From Candidatus Hadarchaeota archaeon (GTDB lineage Archaea > CAYQAE01 > CAYVLA01): a DNA stretch of 64,000 nucleotides. The notes beneath the pieces were generated by a model. The model had not been told where the DNA came from, made no database searches, and saw only the letters and a program-made list of their open reading frames with translations. The position numbers and the translations under genes were made by a program. Shown here one piece after another: positions 1 to 9,324 of the stretch; position 1 is the stretch's first letter; each line of letters begins with the position of its first letter. The stretch is from the NCBI GenBank assembly GCA_964621445.1, contig CAZUNO010000016.1, forward strand, positions 8,929 through 72,928, in the 5' to 3' direction.

Positions 1-283
1 CCCGGTAGTCTACTTTGGTCTCTATTCCCGGAGTGTCGATCAGGTCCATGCTGAACTTCTTCCAGCCGTCGGCAACCTCCATTCTCTCCATCTTGAGTAT
101 CTGCCTGGTCTCATGGGGAATCTCGGACACCGAACCCATTTGGTCGCCCACCCAGTCCCGGGTCAGCCTGTTGGCCAAGGTGGTCTTGCCCACGTTGGTT
201 GGTCCGTATATCCCCAGCTTGACGTCTATCTTTTTTCTGAAAAGCCTGTAAAATGCAAGTCTCAAACTCTTTCTAATACCCAT
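1..283 (-). CDS. Era-like GTP-binding protein (OapA-type), 3' end truncated by window edge
   Basis: Not in the ORF track. Manual translation gives MGIRKSLRLAFYRLFRKKIDVKLGIYGPTNVGKTTLANRLTRDWVG...EIPHETR...DLIDTPG, with G1 (GPTNVGKT), G2 (PHETR) and G3 (DTPG). GGAGG SD lies just upstream of ATG at 283. Confidence 0.88.
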   Translation of the reverse strand, partial: MGIRKSLRLAFYRLFRKKIDVKLGIYGPTNVGKTTLANRLTRDWVGDQMGSVSEIPHETRQILKMERMEVADGWKKFSMDLIDTPGIETKVDYR

Positions 284-461
284 GATCAGCCTCCGGGGTA
301 GTTTGCCGCCGAAGTCGGTAGAATGATAAATAGGCTTTTAGGGGATACAACCGCGATCGGCCTCCCTTTTGGTAAGGATCTCGTTTATTTAAATTTGAGT
401 CCTCACCTTAATTGTAGAGGGAAATTAAATGCCAATAGCAGTAATTTAAACGGATTACGCT

Positions 462-1166
462 TCACTGTCTTGATTCATCGCCCACGACTTTTCCATCCCG
501 CAAATAAACCGTTCGGGCCGACTTGTCCTGGACCTTGGGATCGTGGGTGGCAAATATCACCGTCACTTCGCTGTCCTGGTTAAGGGAATACAATAGCTCA
601 ATTATCTCCAGACCGGTCTTGGTGTCGAGATTTCCGGTAACCTCGTCGGCAAAAATTATCTTCGGGGACACAACCAGGGCCCTGGCAATGGCAACCCGCT
701 GTTGCTCTCCACCGCTGAGCTCCGTGGGTCGGTGATACATCCTGTCCTCCAGGCCAACCCTGGTCAGGACGTCCTTGGCCAGCTCGTTCCTCTTCTCCTC
801 CTCAACTCTGCGGAACACAAGCGGTAGCTCAACGTTCTCGATGGCATTCATCACCGGTATGAGGTTATAGACCTGGAATATGAAGCCGCAGTGCTCCTGG
901 CGGATCTTGGATTTTTCGGCCTGGGTAAGGTCGGTAGTCTCCGTTCCCACCAGCCATATCCTGCCCTCGGTTGGCCTGTCCAGACCGCTCATGACGTTGA
1001 GCAGCGTTGTCTTGCCACTACCCGAAGGGCCCATAACGCTGGTAAATTCCCCTCTATGTATCTCCAGATCAACGCCCTGAAGGGCTTTTACCTCAATCTC
1101 TCCCTTCTCCCCCATGATGTAGCTCTTGGATAGATTAGAGGTTACAACTAGGGAGTCATCGTTCAT
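462..1166 (-). CDS. ABC transporter ATP-binding protein, LolD/MacB-like
   Basis: Walker A GPSGSGKT, GFIFQ, signature LSGGEQQRVAIARAL, Walker B IIFADE, H-loop ATHD. ATG 1166 preferred over the track start at 1241. Confidence 0.92.
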   Translation of the reverse strand: MNDDSLVVTSNLSKSYIMGEKGEIEVKALQGVDLEIHRGEFTSVMGPSGSGKTTLLNVMSGLDRPTEGRIWLVGTETTDLTQAEKSKIRQEHCGFIFQVYNLIPVMNAIENVELPLVFRRVEEEKRNELAKDVLTRVGLEDRMYHRPTELSGGEQQRVAIARALVVSPKIIFADEVTGNLDTKTGLEIIELLYSLNQDSEVTVIFATHDPKVQDKSARTVYLRDGKVVGDESRQ

Positions 1167-1287
1167 GTTTCCCGCTGACCTGAAGAGAAATATAACTCTT
1201 TCCCACTGGCGAAGGCGAACCGTGAGTCCCTTCCTGATCAAATAAATCCGGGATTAATAACCCTCCCAGCGGGCAGGATACACGGTC

Positions 1288-2088
1288 TCAGCCTCTGTAT
1301 GGCTCCAGGTCCAGATATACCCTGGAATACCCTAGATCACGCAGCTTGGGGGTGATCTTAGCTCTGAAATCCTCCACATCAATCGAATCCAGGTGCCGTT
1401 TTCCCATCTCTATCCTCGCTTCATCTCCCAGGGTTCTAATCCTCACCACCTCATGACCGATATCTCTGAGGTAGTTCTCGGCCGCATCTATCCTGGCTAG
1501 ATCATCTTCCCGTATCCGGTTCCCGCACCGTATCCTGGTGGCCAGACAGGTAGTATTTGGCCGGTCCCAGGTAGGCAGTTCCATCTTTCGGGATAGTTCC
1601 CGGATCTCTCCCTTATCCAATCCATGGTCGGCCAGTGGGGATTTGATTTCAAGTTCCCTGAGCGCGCGGAGGCCGGGCCTGTCCTTGCTTAGATCATCGT
1701 AATTTGTGCCATCCAGCACCAGGTCGTATCCTTCCTGCTCCTTGATCCCGATGAGTGCCTTCATCATCATCTTCTTGCAGTGGTAGCACCGGTCCGGAGG
1801 GTTGGAAATGATGCTCTCCTGATCCAGGAGGGAAATTTCAAGGATATGATGGTTTAGGTCCAGTTGGCTTGCGATGGAGGTCAACTCCTCCCTCTCCCGT
1901 GAGGGAGTGAACTCGGATATCACGGTAACTGCCAGATGACGGCTGCAGACCATCTTGGCCACGTAGGCGAGAAGTGTGCTGTCGACCCCGCCAGAGAAGG
2001 CAATAACCGGGTCACGGCCTCGAAGGAAGGTCTTCATCGCCTCCAACCTGGATTCTGGAGTATCCTTCCCTGCCCTTTGTTTTGCCAT
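1288..2088 (-). CDS. larE: LarE-family ATP-dependent sacrificial sulfur transferase (PP-loop)
   Basis: AFSGGVDS PP-loop, NPPDRCYHCKK, DGTNYDD..RPG..A, CLATRI. Confidence 0.85.
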   Translation of the reverse strand: MAKQRAGKDTPESRLEAMKTFLRGRDPVIAFSGGVDSTLLAYVAKMVCSRHLAVTVISEFTPSREREELTSIASQLDLNHHILEISLLDQESIISNPPDRCYHCKKMMMKALIGIKEQEGYDLVLDGTNYDDLSKDRPGLRALRELEIKSPLADHGLDKGEIRELSRKMELPTWDRPNTTCLATRIRCGNRIREDDLARIDAAENYLRDIGHEVVRIRTLGDEARIEMGKRHLDSIDVEDFRAKITPKLRDLGYSRVYLDLEPYRG

Positions 2089-2175
2089 AGGTCTACATTG
2101 GTGGGGGGATCAAATAAACATTTCAGAGCAACAGATTCATTACCGGTTATCGTCCAAGACTAGAATCGACGAGGG

Positions 2176-2862
2176 ATGAAGTTGGATATCAAGGCTATAT
2201 TTCTGGATTTCGGGGGAACACTGGCCAGAAGGAACCCCGGCATATGGGAAGTTTTCATCGAGACCAGCGAGAAGCATGATGTCACCCTGACCAGGGAGGA
2301 GCTTGACTGGGCGCGGAGTCAGGCAGATGAGGGTCACAGGAGCATTGACTTCCTTACCCTTGAATTGATGGATACCTTTTGGGTTGACTGGTTCAGGCTA
2401 ATGTTGGAGAATCTCGAGATCGAAGGCGGCGAAAAACTCGCCCGGGAAATATACCGAGACCTAAAGCGGGAATCAACCATAGATCTCTACCCTGAGGTAA
2501 ACGAGGTCCTGGATCAACTAGAAGAAGGGTTCAATTGCATCGGCATAGTGTCTAACTATAACTGCAGGCTGGAACCAATTTGCAGGGAGCTGGGCATTGC
2601 CAATAGGTTTCAGTTCATATTAGCTTCGGACGTGGTGGGATTTGGAAAGCCCGATGCCAGGATATTCCAATTGGCATCCAGCCTGGCCCAGGTGAATGCC
2701 AATCAATGTCTCCACGTCGGCGATTCCTTTGGCTCCGATTACGTGGGAGCAAGAAATGCTGGTCTAAAAGCATTGCTGCTGGATAGGGACGGGGAGAACA
2801 GGGAGATCTCCGACGCCGAAAAAATACCCGACCTGAGAGCAGTTCCGGAACGCTGCCTCTGA
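2176..2862 (+). CDS. HAD-superfamily hydrolase (subfamily IA)
   Basis: FLDFGGTL, IVSN, KPD..IF, HVGDS..SDY.GA. Confidence 0.9.
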   Translation: MKLDIKAIFLDFGGTLARRNPGIWEVFIETSEKHDVTLTREELDWARSQADEGHRSIDFLTLELMDTFWVDWFRLMLENLEIEGGEKLAREIYRDLKRESTIDLYPEVNEVLDQLEEGFNCIGIVSNYNCRLEPICRELGIANRFQFILASDVVGFGKPDARIFQLASSLAQVNANQCLHVGDSFGSDYVGARNAGLKALLLDRDGENREISDAEKIPDLRAVPERCL

Positions 2863-2933
2863 GATTTCCACCCTCCGGTTTCCGCAACTATTTTATCCTT
2901 TGGTGGTTCTCGACAAATGGGAGGCATGAACAG

Positions 2934-3131
2934 ATGAGGGGCAAGGACCATCTCAAGCGAGCTTCATTCCTTATCACTTTAGGGATAATCTGGGTTTTGT
3001 GGGAACAGGGTAGAGTAGAATCAATACTGAAATTCGCGGGCCTGGTTCTGTTGGTTTACGGGTTTTCGGTAGTTGTTATTGAGGCCGCCGACCTACAGAT
3101 TTCCGGGTCCTCCCGGAGGCCGGGATCTTGA
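2934..3131 (+). CDS. small two-TM membrane protein
   Basis: Two hydrophobic segments; upstream GGAGG; stop overlaps the next start (TTGA). Confidence 0.55.
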   Translation: MRGKDHLKRASFLITLGIIWVLWEQGRVESILKFAGLVLLVYGFSVVVIEAADLQISGSSRRPGS

Positions 3132-4231
3132 ACCCCAGGACGGGCTGCATACTCATTGCGGTTGGCATCTTCTTCCTGGCTTTGACCAATATCAGCTGGG
3201 GAGAGATATACGGGCTGGTCAAGGCCTATGGAGTGATTGCGACGGGAATCGTATGCCTGGGTACTTTCATGTCCTTCTGGTCCTCGGATAACGAGGCGGT
3301 CCGGATCGGTGCAGAGTTGACCTATCACATCGCGGGGGCGGTGGCCGCCGCGGTGGTGGTGGGCACCCTCCTCTCCACATTGGGAGGAATTCCATCATGG
3401 CAGTTGAGGAATGAGGGTGACTGGGAGGGGATAAAGATCAGGGAGTTTAAAATCAGCGTTCCCGTCACCCAGGAAAGAGCTCTTCTATCGTGGGATGTTC
3501 CGGAGATAGAGGCCAAGATAGTTCCCTGGAATAACTCCGAGATCCTGATCTCGGGACAGATACAGGCCTATTCAACGGTTTCACCTCAGGATGCATCCTC
3601 ACTTCTCAATGCGACCAGTCTTGAGCTGTTGAAGACCGGAGAGGGGCCCAGGTTCAACCTGAAGTTGTCGGGAGGAGAGGAATCATTGACCGGCCTTTCA
3701 AAAAAGGTGAAGATAGTGGCAGAAGTGAATATACCCTCCGGCCAGGCTCTGGACCTCGACCTAAAAGCCATAGGCGGCCATTATGAGATGGATAAGGGTC
3801 GAATAGGGACCGCAAATCTCGAGATACTGAGCGGTGATCTCATCTTCCTGGGTCTGGAAGGGCAGGAGCTAGATGCCTCAACGGTAAATGGGAACATAAA
3901 TGGATCACTGTCCTTCGGCTCGGCCGATCTCTCAGTAGTCAACGGAAGGATGGAATTCATCGCGGGTGCCAGGAACTCGGATTACGCCCTGAGCACGGTC
4001 AACGGGGATATCCGGATGGAAGTGCCGGCCTCGGATGAGCTGGGCCTGTCCATGAAGACCGAGGTCATAAACGGGGAGGTTGATTTCGATGTGGATGATA
4101 TCCAATATGGGGTGAATAGGAAGGAAGAAAAAATGGCCACCACCAATAACTATAAATCAAAATCAAGGAAGATCGAGATTCTGGCCAGTACGGTAAATGG
4201 GGATATAAACTTGGTTAGCCTCCAATCATAG
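3128..4231 (+). CDS. membrane protein with C-terminal DUF4097/adhesin-like beta-strand repeats
   Basis: Three N-terminal TM segments; repeated STVNG(N/D)I, VVNGRM and VINGEV motifs. Confidence 0.75.
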   Translation: MNPRTGCILIAVGIFFLALTNISWGEIYGLVKAYGVIATGIVCLGTFMSFWSSDNEAVRIGAELTYHIAGAVAAAVVVGTLLSTLGGIPSWQLRNEGDWEGIKIREFKISVPVTQERALLSWDVPEIEAKIVPWNNSEILISGQIQAYSTVSPQDASSLLNATSLELLKTGEGPRFNLKLSGGEESLTGLSKKVKIVAEVNIPSGQALDLDLKAIGGHYEMDKGRIGTANLEILSGDLIFLGLEGQELDASTVNGNINGSLSFGSADLSVVNGRMEFIAGARNSDYALSTVNGDIRMEVPASDELGLSMKTEVINGEVDFDVDDIQYGVNRKEEKMATTNNYKSKSRKIEILASTVNGDINLVSLQS

Positions 4232-4891
4232 GTGGCTGATTAGATCCCTCAAGTCATCAATTACATGGGGGACAAGGACCTCTTCTCCCACCCTATTGAT
4301 GAGAAGGGGTTTCATTCCAACCTCTTCAGATGGTCGGTAATCCAGCTCGACGTCATCTCCCACGAAAAGGATGGCTGACGGTGGTATTTCGAGCTGCCTG
4401 GCCGCGCGCAGGAAGATACGGTGATTTGGTTTTCTCCTTCCCGCCTCATCGGCGGTGGTAGTTGTATCCAGGTAATCTTCTAATCCGGTCTCACCGACCA
4501 GATGGGGTAGGTCAGAGGACAGGGCATTGGTCACCACACCGGCCTGGATGTCGTTTTCCACCAGTTCCTTAAGCACATCCTCGGCATCCTTGAAGGGCTC
4601 CGCCTGGAGCCGGTCAAACCAGTGGGAGTCAATATAATTTGCCAGTTGAAGGCGTCTGGAAACTATGCCTAGGTTCTCCAGAACACGCAGGTTCCACTCC
4701 TTCCAGAAACTGGAGGTGACGTAGTAGTCGGGTCCAAATGAACTCTCCGCCTTTTGTACCGCCCTCGATATCTCGTCCTCGGTCTTGGAGATTCCCTTTT
4801 CCTCTAGAAAGGACTCTATTACCGGCCAGGGGTCCGGTACCTTGACTAGCGTGCCGCCCAGATCGAAGAGCACTGCTTTGATTTCTTTCAC
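4226..4891 (-). CDS. HAD-superfamily hydrolase
   Basis: LFDLGGTL, VVTN, KPN..IF, FVGDD..LDY. Confidence 0.9.
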   Translation of the reverse strand: MKEIKAVLFDLGGTLVKVPDPWPVIESFLEEKGISKTEDEISRAVQKAESSFGPDYYVTSSFWKEWNLRVLENLGIVSRRLQLANYIDSHWFDRLQAEPFKDAEDVLKELVENDIQAGVVTNALSSDLPHLVGETGLEDYLDTTTTADEAGRRKPNHRIFLRAARQLEIPPSAILFVGDDVELDYRPSEEVGMKPLLINRVGEEVLVPHVIDDLRDLISHL

Positions 4892-4968
4892 CTTTGGACC
4901 TCGCCATGATATAGGGATAAATCCATGTATTTATGGTTCAGGTAATCTGCGATATGCGCATTGGAGGA

Positions 4969-5856
4969 CTAGATTCTGTCCAGCATTTGCCGTATATTCT
5001 TGAGGCACACCCTGGAGGCGTACTCGCCTTGAGATGAGAAATCCCTTCCCCCTGGCTTGCTGATGAGTTCCTCGTCAAGTTTCTCCTTTGGACGCCAGTG
5101 AGTCTCAAGAGACACGCATCCCTTGTAGCCGTCCTCCTTCAGGGCCTTCAATTGACCTTCTATGTCGACTTCCCCGGTCCCCACGGGGACACACTCCGGT
5201 TTACCGGTGTCCTCGTTGATCACCACATCCTTCAGATGTACATGGGCGATCCAGTCCTTTATCGCCTCATATCCGACTGGGTACGCCTCCTCCCTGGCAT
5301 CGTCATAATAGGCATTTCCCGGGTCCCATATCGCTTGCACGTTCTTGGAGTCGATTTCCGAAAGGAACCTGTCGAGGTCAACACCGGTGCCTATGAAACA
5401 GCTTTGCTCGTTTTCCACTTCTAGGATGATATCTTCCTTCTCCGCTATCTCGGTGGGCAAGGCGAACTTGTCGACTATCTGATCCCAGTATTTGGATAAG
5501 CCATCCAGCCCCTCGCGGCGCCAGAAAGTAAATCCCCTGACGAGATCGGTGTCAAGTTCCTTAGCGATCTCGATGCATCTCTTGAATATCTCGATGTGTT
5601 CCTGGTACTCTTTTTTATCGTCAATTTCGCATTTCAGGAAGGGAGCTGCTATGCTTATTACCTCGAGACCCGCGGCATCCAGCTTTCGCTTAATCTTGTC
5701 AAGGTGCTCCTGCTCCAGGTTCTGGACACTGACGTCCCAGGTTGATCGGACCTCTATGGAATCAAGATCGTAGTCCTTAGCAGTCTCAATTACCACGTCA
5801 AGATCCTGGGAGACCTCATCGTTTATGACTCCGAGCTTAAACGGTATTTCGGGCAA
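4969..5856 (-). CDS. sugar phosphate isomerase/epimerase (xylose isomerase-like TIM barrel)
   Basis: VENE, WDPGN, HVHLKD, G.G.VD and SLETH metal-binding motifs; TTG start with GAGGAGG SD. Confidence 0.88.
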   Translation of the reverse strand: MPEIPFKLGVINDEVSQDLDVVIETAKDYDLDSIEVRSTWDVSVQNLEQEHLDKIKRKLDAAGLEVISIAAPFLKCEIDDKKEYQEHIEIFKRCIEIAKELDTDLVRGFTFWRREGLDGLSKYWDQIVDKFALPTEIAEKEDIILEVENEQSCFIGTGVDLDRFLSEIDSKNVQAIWDPGNAYYDDAREEAYPVGYEAIKDWIAHVHLKDVVINEDTGKPECVPVGTGEVDIEGQLKALKEDGYKGCVSLETHWRPKEKLDEELISKPGGRDFSSQGEYASRVCLKNIRQMLDRI

Positions 5857-5936
5857 TATCCATATCCTCCTCTAGGGAAGGTGCGCCTTGGGGCAAATAT
5901 ATCTGTTTTGCCACCTTTCTCGCTTAGCGTTTTGAC

Positions 5937-6095
5937 TCAGGAGTTCTGTTTGCAATCGCGGAGCCATTCGACAAGTTTGCTACGAACCAGCGATGAAACA
6001 CTTAGACCTTTTCTTTTTGCTAGTTCATTCAATTTTTCCCGCGTTTCCTGGGAAACGGTGATCGAAATTCTCGCCGATTTGCTCTGGGTGGACAT
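5937..6095 (-). CDS. ribbon-helix-helix (CopG/Arc-like) DNA-binding microprotein, 52 aa
   Basis: Manual translation MSTQSKSARISITVSQETREKLNELAKRKGLSVSSLVRSKLVEWLRDCKQNS: alternating beta-ribbon RISITV, helix, G-x-S turn, helix. TATA-like TTAATAAA upstream at about 6137-6144. Confidence 0.85.
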   Translation of the reverse strand: MSTQSKSARISITVSQETREKLNELAKRKGLSVSSLVRSKLVEWLRDCKQNS

Positions 6096-6242
6096 ACCTG
6101 AATATTCCCCGATTTTCCGCGCCTTTACGGCAGTAGTTTATTAATAGTATCTATAGCGGTTGTGTTGACATACATAGGGCACAGTGGGTAATGAAAATAT
6201 CACCGCTAAAATCGTGACGCCAGGAAATCTTTTTATACTACG

Positions 6243-6259
6243 TGATGCAAACTGCATCA
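6243..6259. promoter_or_regulatory. perfect inverted repeat TGATGCA-N3-TGCATCA, candidate operator
   Basis: 7-bp perfect arms directly downstream of the + strand TTTTTATA box (6230-6237). Confidence 0.5.
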
Positions 6260-6269
6260 TACTTAGGAA

Positions 6270-6336
6270 CAGGGCCGGGAGAACTGGGGGGATTGTTTGG
6301 GGGGATTGCAAGAAATAGTAGTCCTCCCAACCCTGC
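6270..6336 (-). ncRNA. candidate structured small RNA with two CAAUCCCCCC loops
   Basis: Terminal stem CAGGG..GGGAG / CTCCC..CCCTG encloses a tandem TGGGGGGATTG repeat. Minus-strand BRE/TATA GGAAAG-TTTTATAT at 6374-6361, about 25 nt from the element end. Confidence 0.4.
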
Positions 6337-6509
6337 GATTCCCTCTATACTAGGGGCCCCATATAAAACTTTCCAAAATTTTGACATATTCTCTGCGACC
6401 CGTATTGTGCCCTAGGAGTAAATCACCATTGATTCTTGGTGCGGCACCGCTGTAGGGAGAAGAAAATGATGATTACATTAATTGCGTTTTCAAATTTTGA
6501 ATTTCTGGG

Positions 6510-7787
6510 ATGACCGGAGGAGCAACCAAACGGAACTTCATCTTAGTGACATTTCTGGCAGGGCTGCTATTAGGCCTACTCATCTATACCTCTTTCTATG
6601 GTGGTGACCGGGAGCAGTTCGAGTTCGTGGTCATTGGCGATAGCCAAGGGAAACCCGGGCTGGATTCTCTGGTGGGAAATTTCGATGACCTGGGTGTAGA
6701 TTTCGTAATCCACCTTGGGGATTCCGTCCCCCTGGCCAGGGAAGGTCTGTTCCAGGAGTTCATGAGCACGATCAATAAATTGAACTGCACTTTCCATATG
6801 ACCCCCGGAAATCACGATGTCAAGGGAAATGACTCACTTTACTACTCCTATTTCGGAGCTGGCGACTACTACTTCGACAGAGGTGGTTTTAGATTCATCT
6901 CCCTCGATACCTCCAGTCAGGATATATCGGAAGATCAGTTCGCATGGCTAGAGAATACCCTCCGCGACTCGGGCCCGCTAGAGGTTATAGTATTTACCCA
7001 TGTTCCTCCGTATAACCCGCTCCCCCACATTCCCCACTCCCTCAGGAATCAATCAACATCGGTGAGATTCATGGACCTGATGAGCCAACAGGGGGTTAGA
7101 TTAGTGCTTTCGGGACATGTTCACCTTTTCAACAGCACCAAGATAAAGGAGGTCCAGTACCTGGTGTCCGGGGGCGGAGGAGCAGATCTGGTGGCAACAC
7201 CGGAAGAGGGTGGATTTCACCACTACCTGCACTTTGAAGCGGAGGGAGAGGATTTAAACTGGTCCGTGGTACCATTCGATTTGAATAACTCGGAGAAGAA
7301 GGTTGAGATCTGTGGGTCCCAAAACGTGACCTTGTCAATGACCGAAGTGATGGGCATGGATTCCCTCCAGTCGCAGAGCTCATTCCAAAACAACTTCGGG
7401 AACTGGAGGGCCCAGGGGCTGTACAGGGGGGTACCCATCAGGGACCTGGTCGAACTGGTCGGCGGTATGGATGAGGGAGATAGGTTAGAGGTAATTAGCA
7501 GCGATGGCTACATGCAGACATATTGCTACCCCAATGTCTATCCCAACTCATCCTGGCAGCAACTCCAGGGGGACATGATTCTTGCCTACGAGTTCAATGG
7601 AACCTTCGGGCCACAATGGGAGAAAGGGCCTCTGATCGTGTTTACCCCTCCTGACGGAGGGTACAGCAACGAGGATTGTGTCAGGACCTCCTTCCCGGGA
7701 CAGGGCTGTAGCAACTATTTATCGGGAGGTTCCAGATGGATCAAGGACGTGGAAAGGATAATCGTGGTCCCCGGGGAGAAAGAATAG
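6510..7787 (+). CDS. membrane-anchored calcineurin-like metallophosphoesterase fused to a molybdopterin-oxidoreductase-like C-terminal domain
   Basis: N-terminal TM; GDSQ, LGD, GNHD, THVP, GHVH; C-terminal GVPIRDLVELVGG...V.SSDGY...MILAY. Confidence 0.8.
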   Translation: MTGGATKRNFILVTFLAGLLLGLLIYTSFYGGDREQFEFVVIGDSQGKPGLDSLVGNFDDLGVDFVIHLGDSVPLAREGLFQEFMSTINKLNCTFHMTPGNHDVKGNDSLYYSYFGAGDYYFDRGGFRFISLDTSSQDISEDQFAWLENTLRDSGPLEVIVFTHVPPYNPLPHIPHSLRNQSTSVRFMDLMSQQGVRLVLSGHVHLFNSTKIKEVQYLVSGGGGADLVATPEEGGFHHYLHFEAEGEDLNWSVVPFDLNNSEKKVEICGSQNVTLSMTEVMGMDSLQSQSSFQNNFGNWRAQGLYRGVPIRDLVELVGGMDEGDRLEVISSDGYMQTYCYPNVYPNSSWQQLQGDMILAYEFNGTFGPQWEKGPLIVFTPPDGGYSNEDCVRTSFPGQGCSNYLSGGSRWIKDVERIIVVPGEKE

Positions 7788-7845
7788 TTGGGGTTTCCGG
7801 AAAACCCTTTTGTAGGACCGGGAGAACCCTTTACCGGATGAGAAG

Positions 7846-9324
7846 ATGTCCGAACCGGGATTTGAAGAGCCTCCAAATATCGTTTTCATACTGACTGATG
7901 ACCAGGGATACTGGGCCATGGGATGTTCAGGTAATCGGGAGATAAGGACGCCCAATCTGGACCGGCTGGCCGATGAGGGTATGCGATTTGAGAACTTCTT
8001 CTGTTCCTCGCCGGTCTGTTCACCAGCCCGGGCCTCGATAATGACCGGACGCATACCATCCCAGCACGGCGTACATGACTGGATCAGAAAGGGAAATATG
8101 AGAGAAGATGATAGCCCGGCCATTGAGTATCTGAAGGGTATGACGGGGTACACTGACATACTCGCCGCTAACGGGTACTCCTGTGGTATGTACGGAAAAT
8201 GGCACCTCGGAGACAGCCTGCAGCCCCAGAAGGGCTTCCAGAACTGGTTCGTTCACCAGACCGGGGGTGGCGATTATAACGCGGCCCCGATGATAAAGGA
8301 CGGCAAGCCCTACACCGAGGATCGATATGTGACCGATGCCATCACCGATGAGGCACTGGATTTCCTGTCAACAAATGGGAATAGGAAGTCTCCATTCTAT
8401 CTCAGCGTTCACTATACGGCTCCCCACAGCCCATGGATCGACCAACACCCCCAAGAGATCGTCAATTCCTATGACGGATGCAGCTTCGATTCCTGTCCTG
8501 AGGAACCCCCCCATCCCTGGCAGATAAATTCAGCCCCCAGGGGTAAGGGAGAGAAAAGGAGGGAGATTCTGAAGGGCTATTTCGCGGCAGTAACCGCCAT
8601 GGATTCCAACGTGGGAAGAATCCTGGATGAACTTGAGAGAATGGGCATCCGAGAGGAGACCATGGTGGTGTTCATGAGTGATAACGGGATGAACATGGGC
8701 CACCACGGATTTTTCGGCAAGGGCAATGGGACATTTCCCCTGAATATGTACGATACCTCTGTTAAGATACCGGCCATAATGTCCATGCCGGGAACCATAC
8801 AGAGTGGGGTCGGCGACGAGGGACTGCACAACCAGTACGACTTCATGCCAACCTTGCTCGATCTTCTTGGGTTTGAAAATCCTGCCGGTCGATCCCTTCC
8901 GGGAACAAGCTTTGCCGGAGCCCTGCTTGACCAGGAGAATCAGGGTCGCCGGGAGGTGGTGGTTTTCGATGAGTACGGTCCGGTGCGCATGATCCGAAAC
9001 AGGGAGTGGAAGTACGTTCACCGGTATCCCTACGGGCCCCACGAACTCTACGACCTTTCGCGAGACCCCGATGAACGGGATAACCTCTACGGCAGGTCCG
9101 AGTACCTGGAAAAGGTGAGGGAACTTAGATCGGGTCTCGATGAGTTCTTCCTTAGATATGTGGATTCGAGATATGATGGAACCCAGCAGGGGGTTTATGG
9201 CAAGGGGCAGATAGCCATGGCCAAAAGGCCGGGGAGAGGAAAGAAGGCCTTCAACGGCCAGTTCAGGTATCTGGACTCTGAGGGGAATAGAAGACCAAGT
9301 ACCTACTTCCCGCCCGAACTCTGA
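7846..9324 (+). CDS. formylglycine-dependent (Cys-type) sulfatase
   Basis: PNIVFILTDD, CSPARASIMTG, GKWHLG, APHSP, SDNG, ELYDL..DPDE. Confidence 0.93.
   Translation: MSEPGFEEPPNIVFILTDDQGYWAMGCSGNREIRTPNLDRLADEGMRFENFFCSSPVCSPARASIMTGRIPSQHGVHDWIRKGNMREDDSPAIEYLKGMTGYTDILAANGYSCGMYGKWHLGDSLQPQKGFQNWFVHQTGGGDYNAAPMIKDGKPYTEDRYVTDAITDEALDFLSTNGNRKSPFYLSVHYTAPHSPWIDQHPQEIVNSYDGCSFDSCPEEPPHPWQINSAPRGKGEKRREILKGYFAAVTAMDSNVGRILDELERMGIREETMVVFMSDNGMNMGHHGFFGKGNGTFPLNMYDTSVKIPAIMSMPGTIQSGVGDEGLHNQYDFMPTLLDLLGFENPAGRSLPGTSFAGALLDQENQGRREVVVFDEYGPVRMIRNREWKYVHRYPYGPHELYDLSRDPDERDNLYGRSEYLEKVRELRSGLDEFFLRYVDSRYDGTQQGVYGKGQIAMAKRPGRGKKAFNGQFRYLDSEGNRRPSTYFPPEL

Noticed and set aside
5881-6144. 87-aa + strand ORF from the track
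   Set aside because: Antisense to the much more convincing RHH gene.
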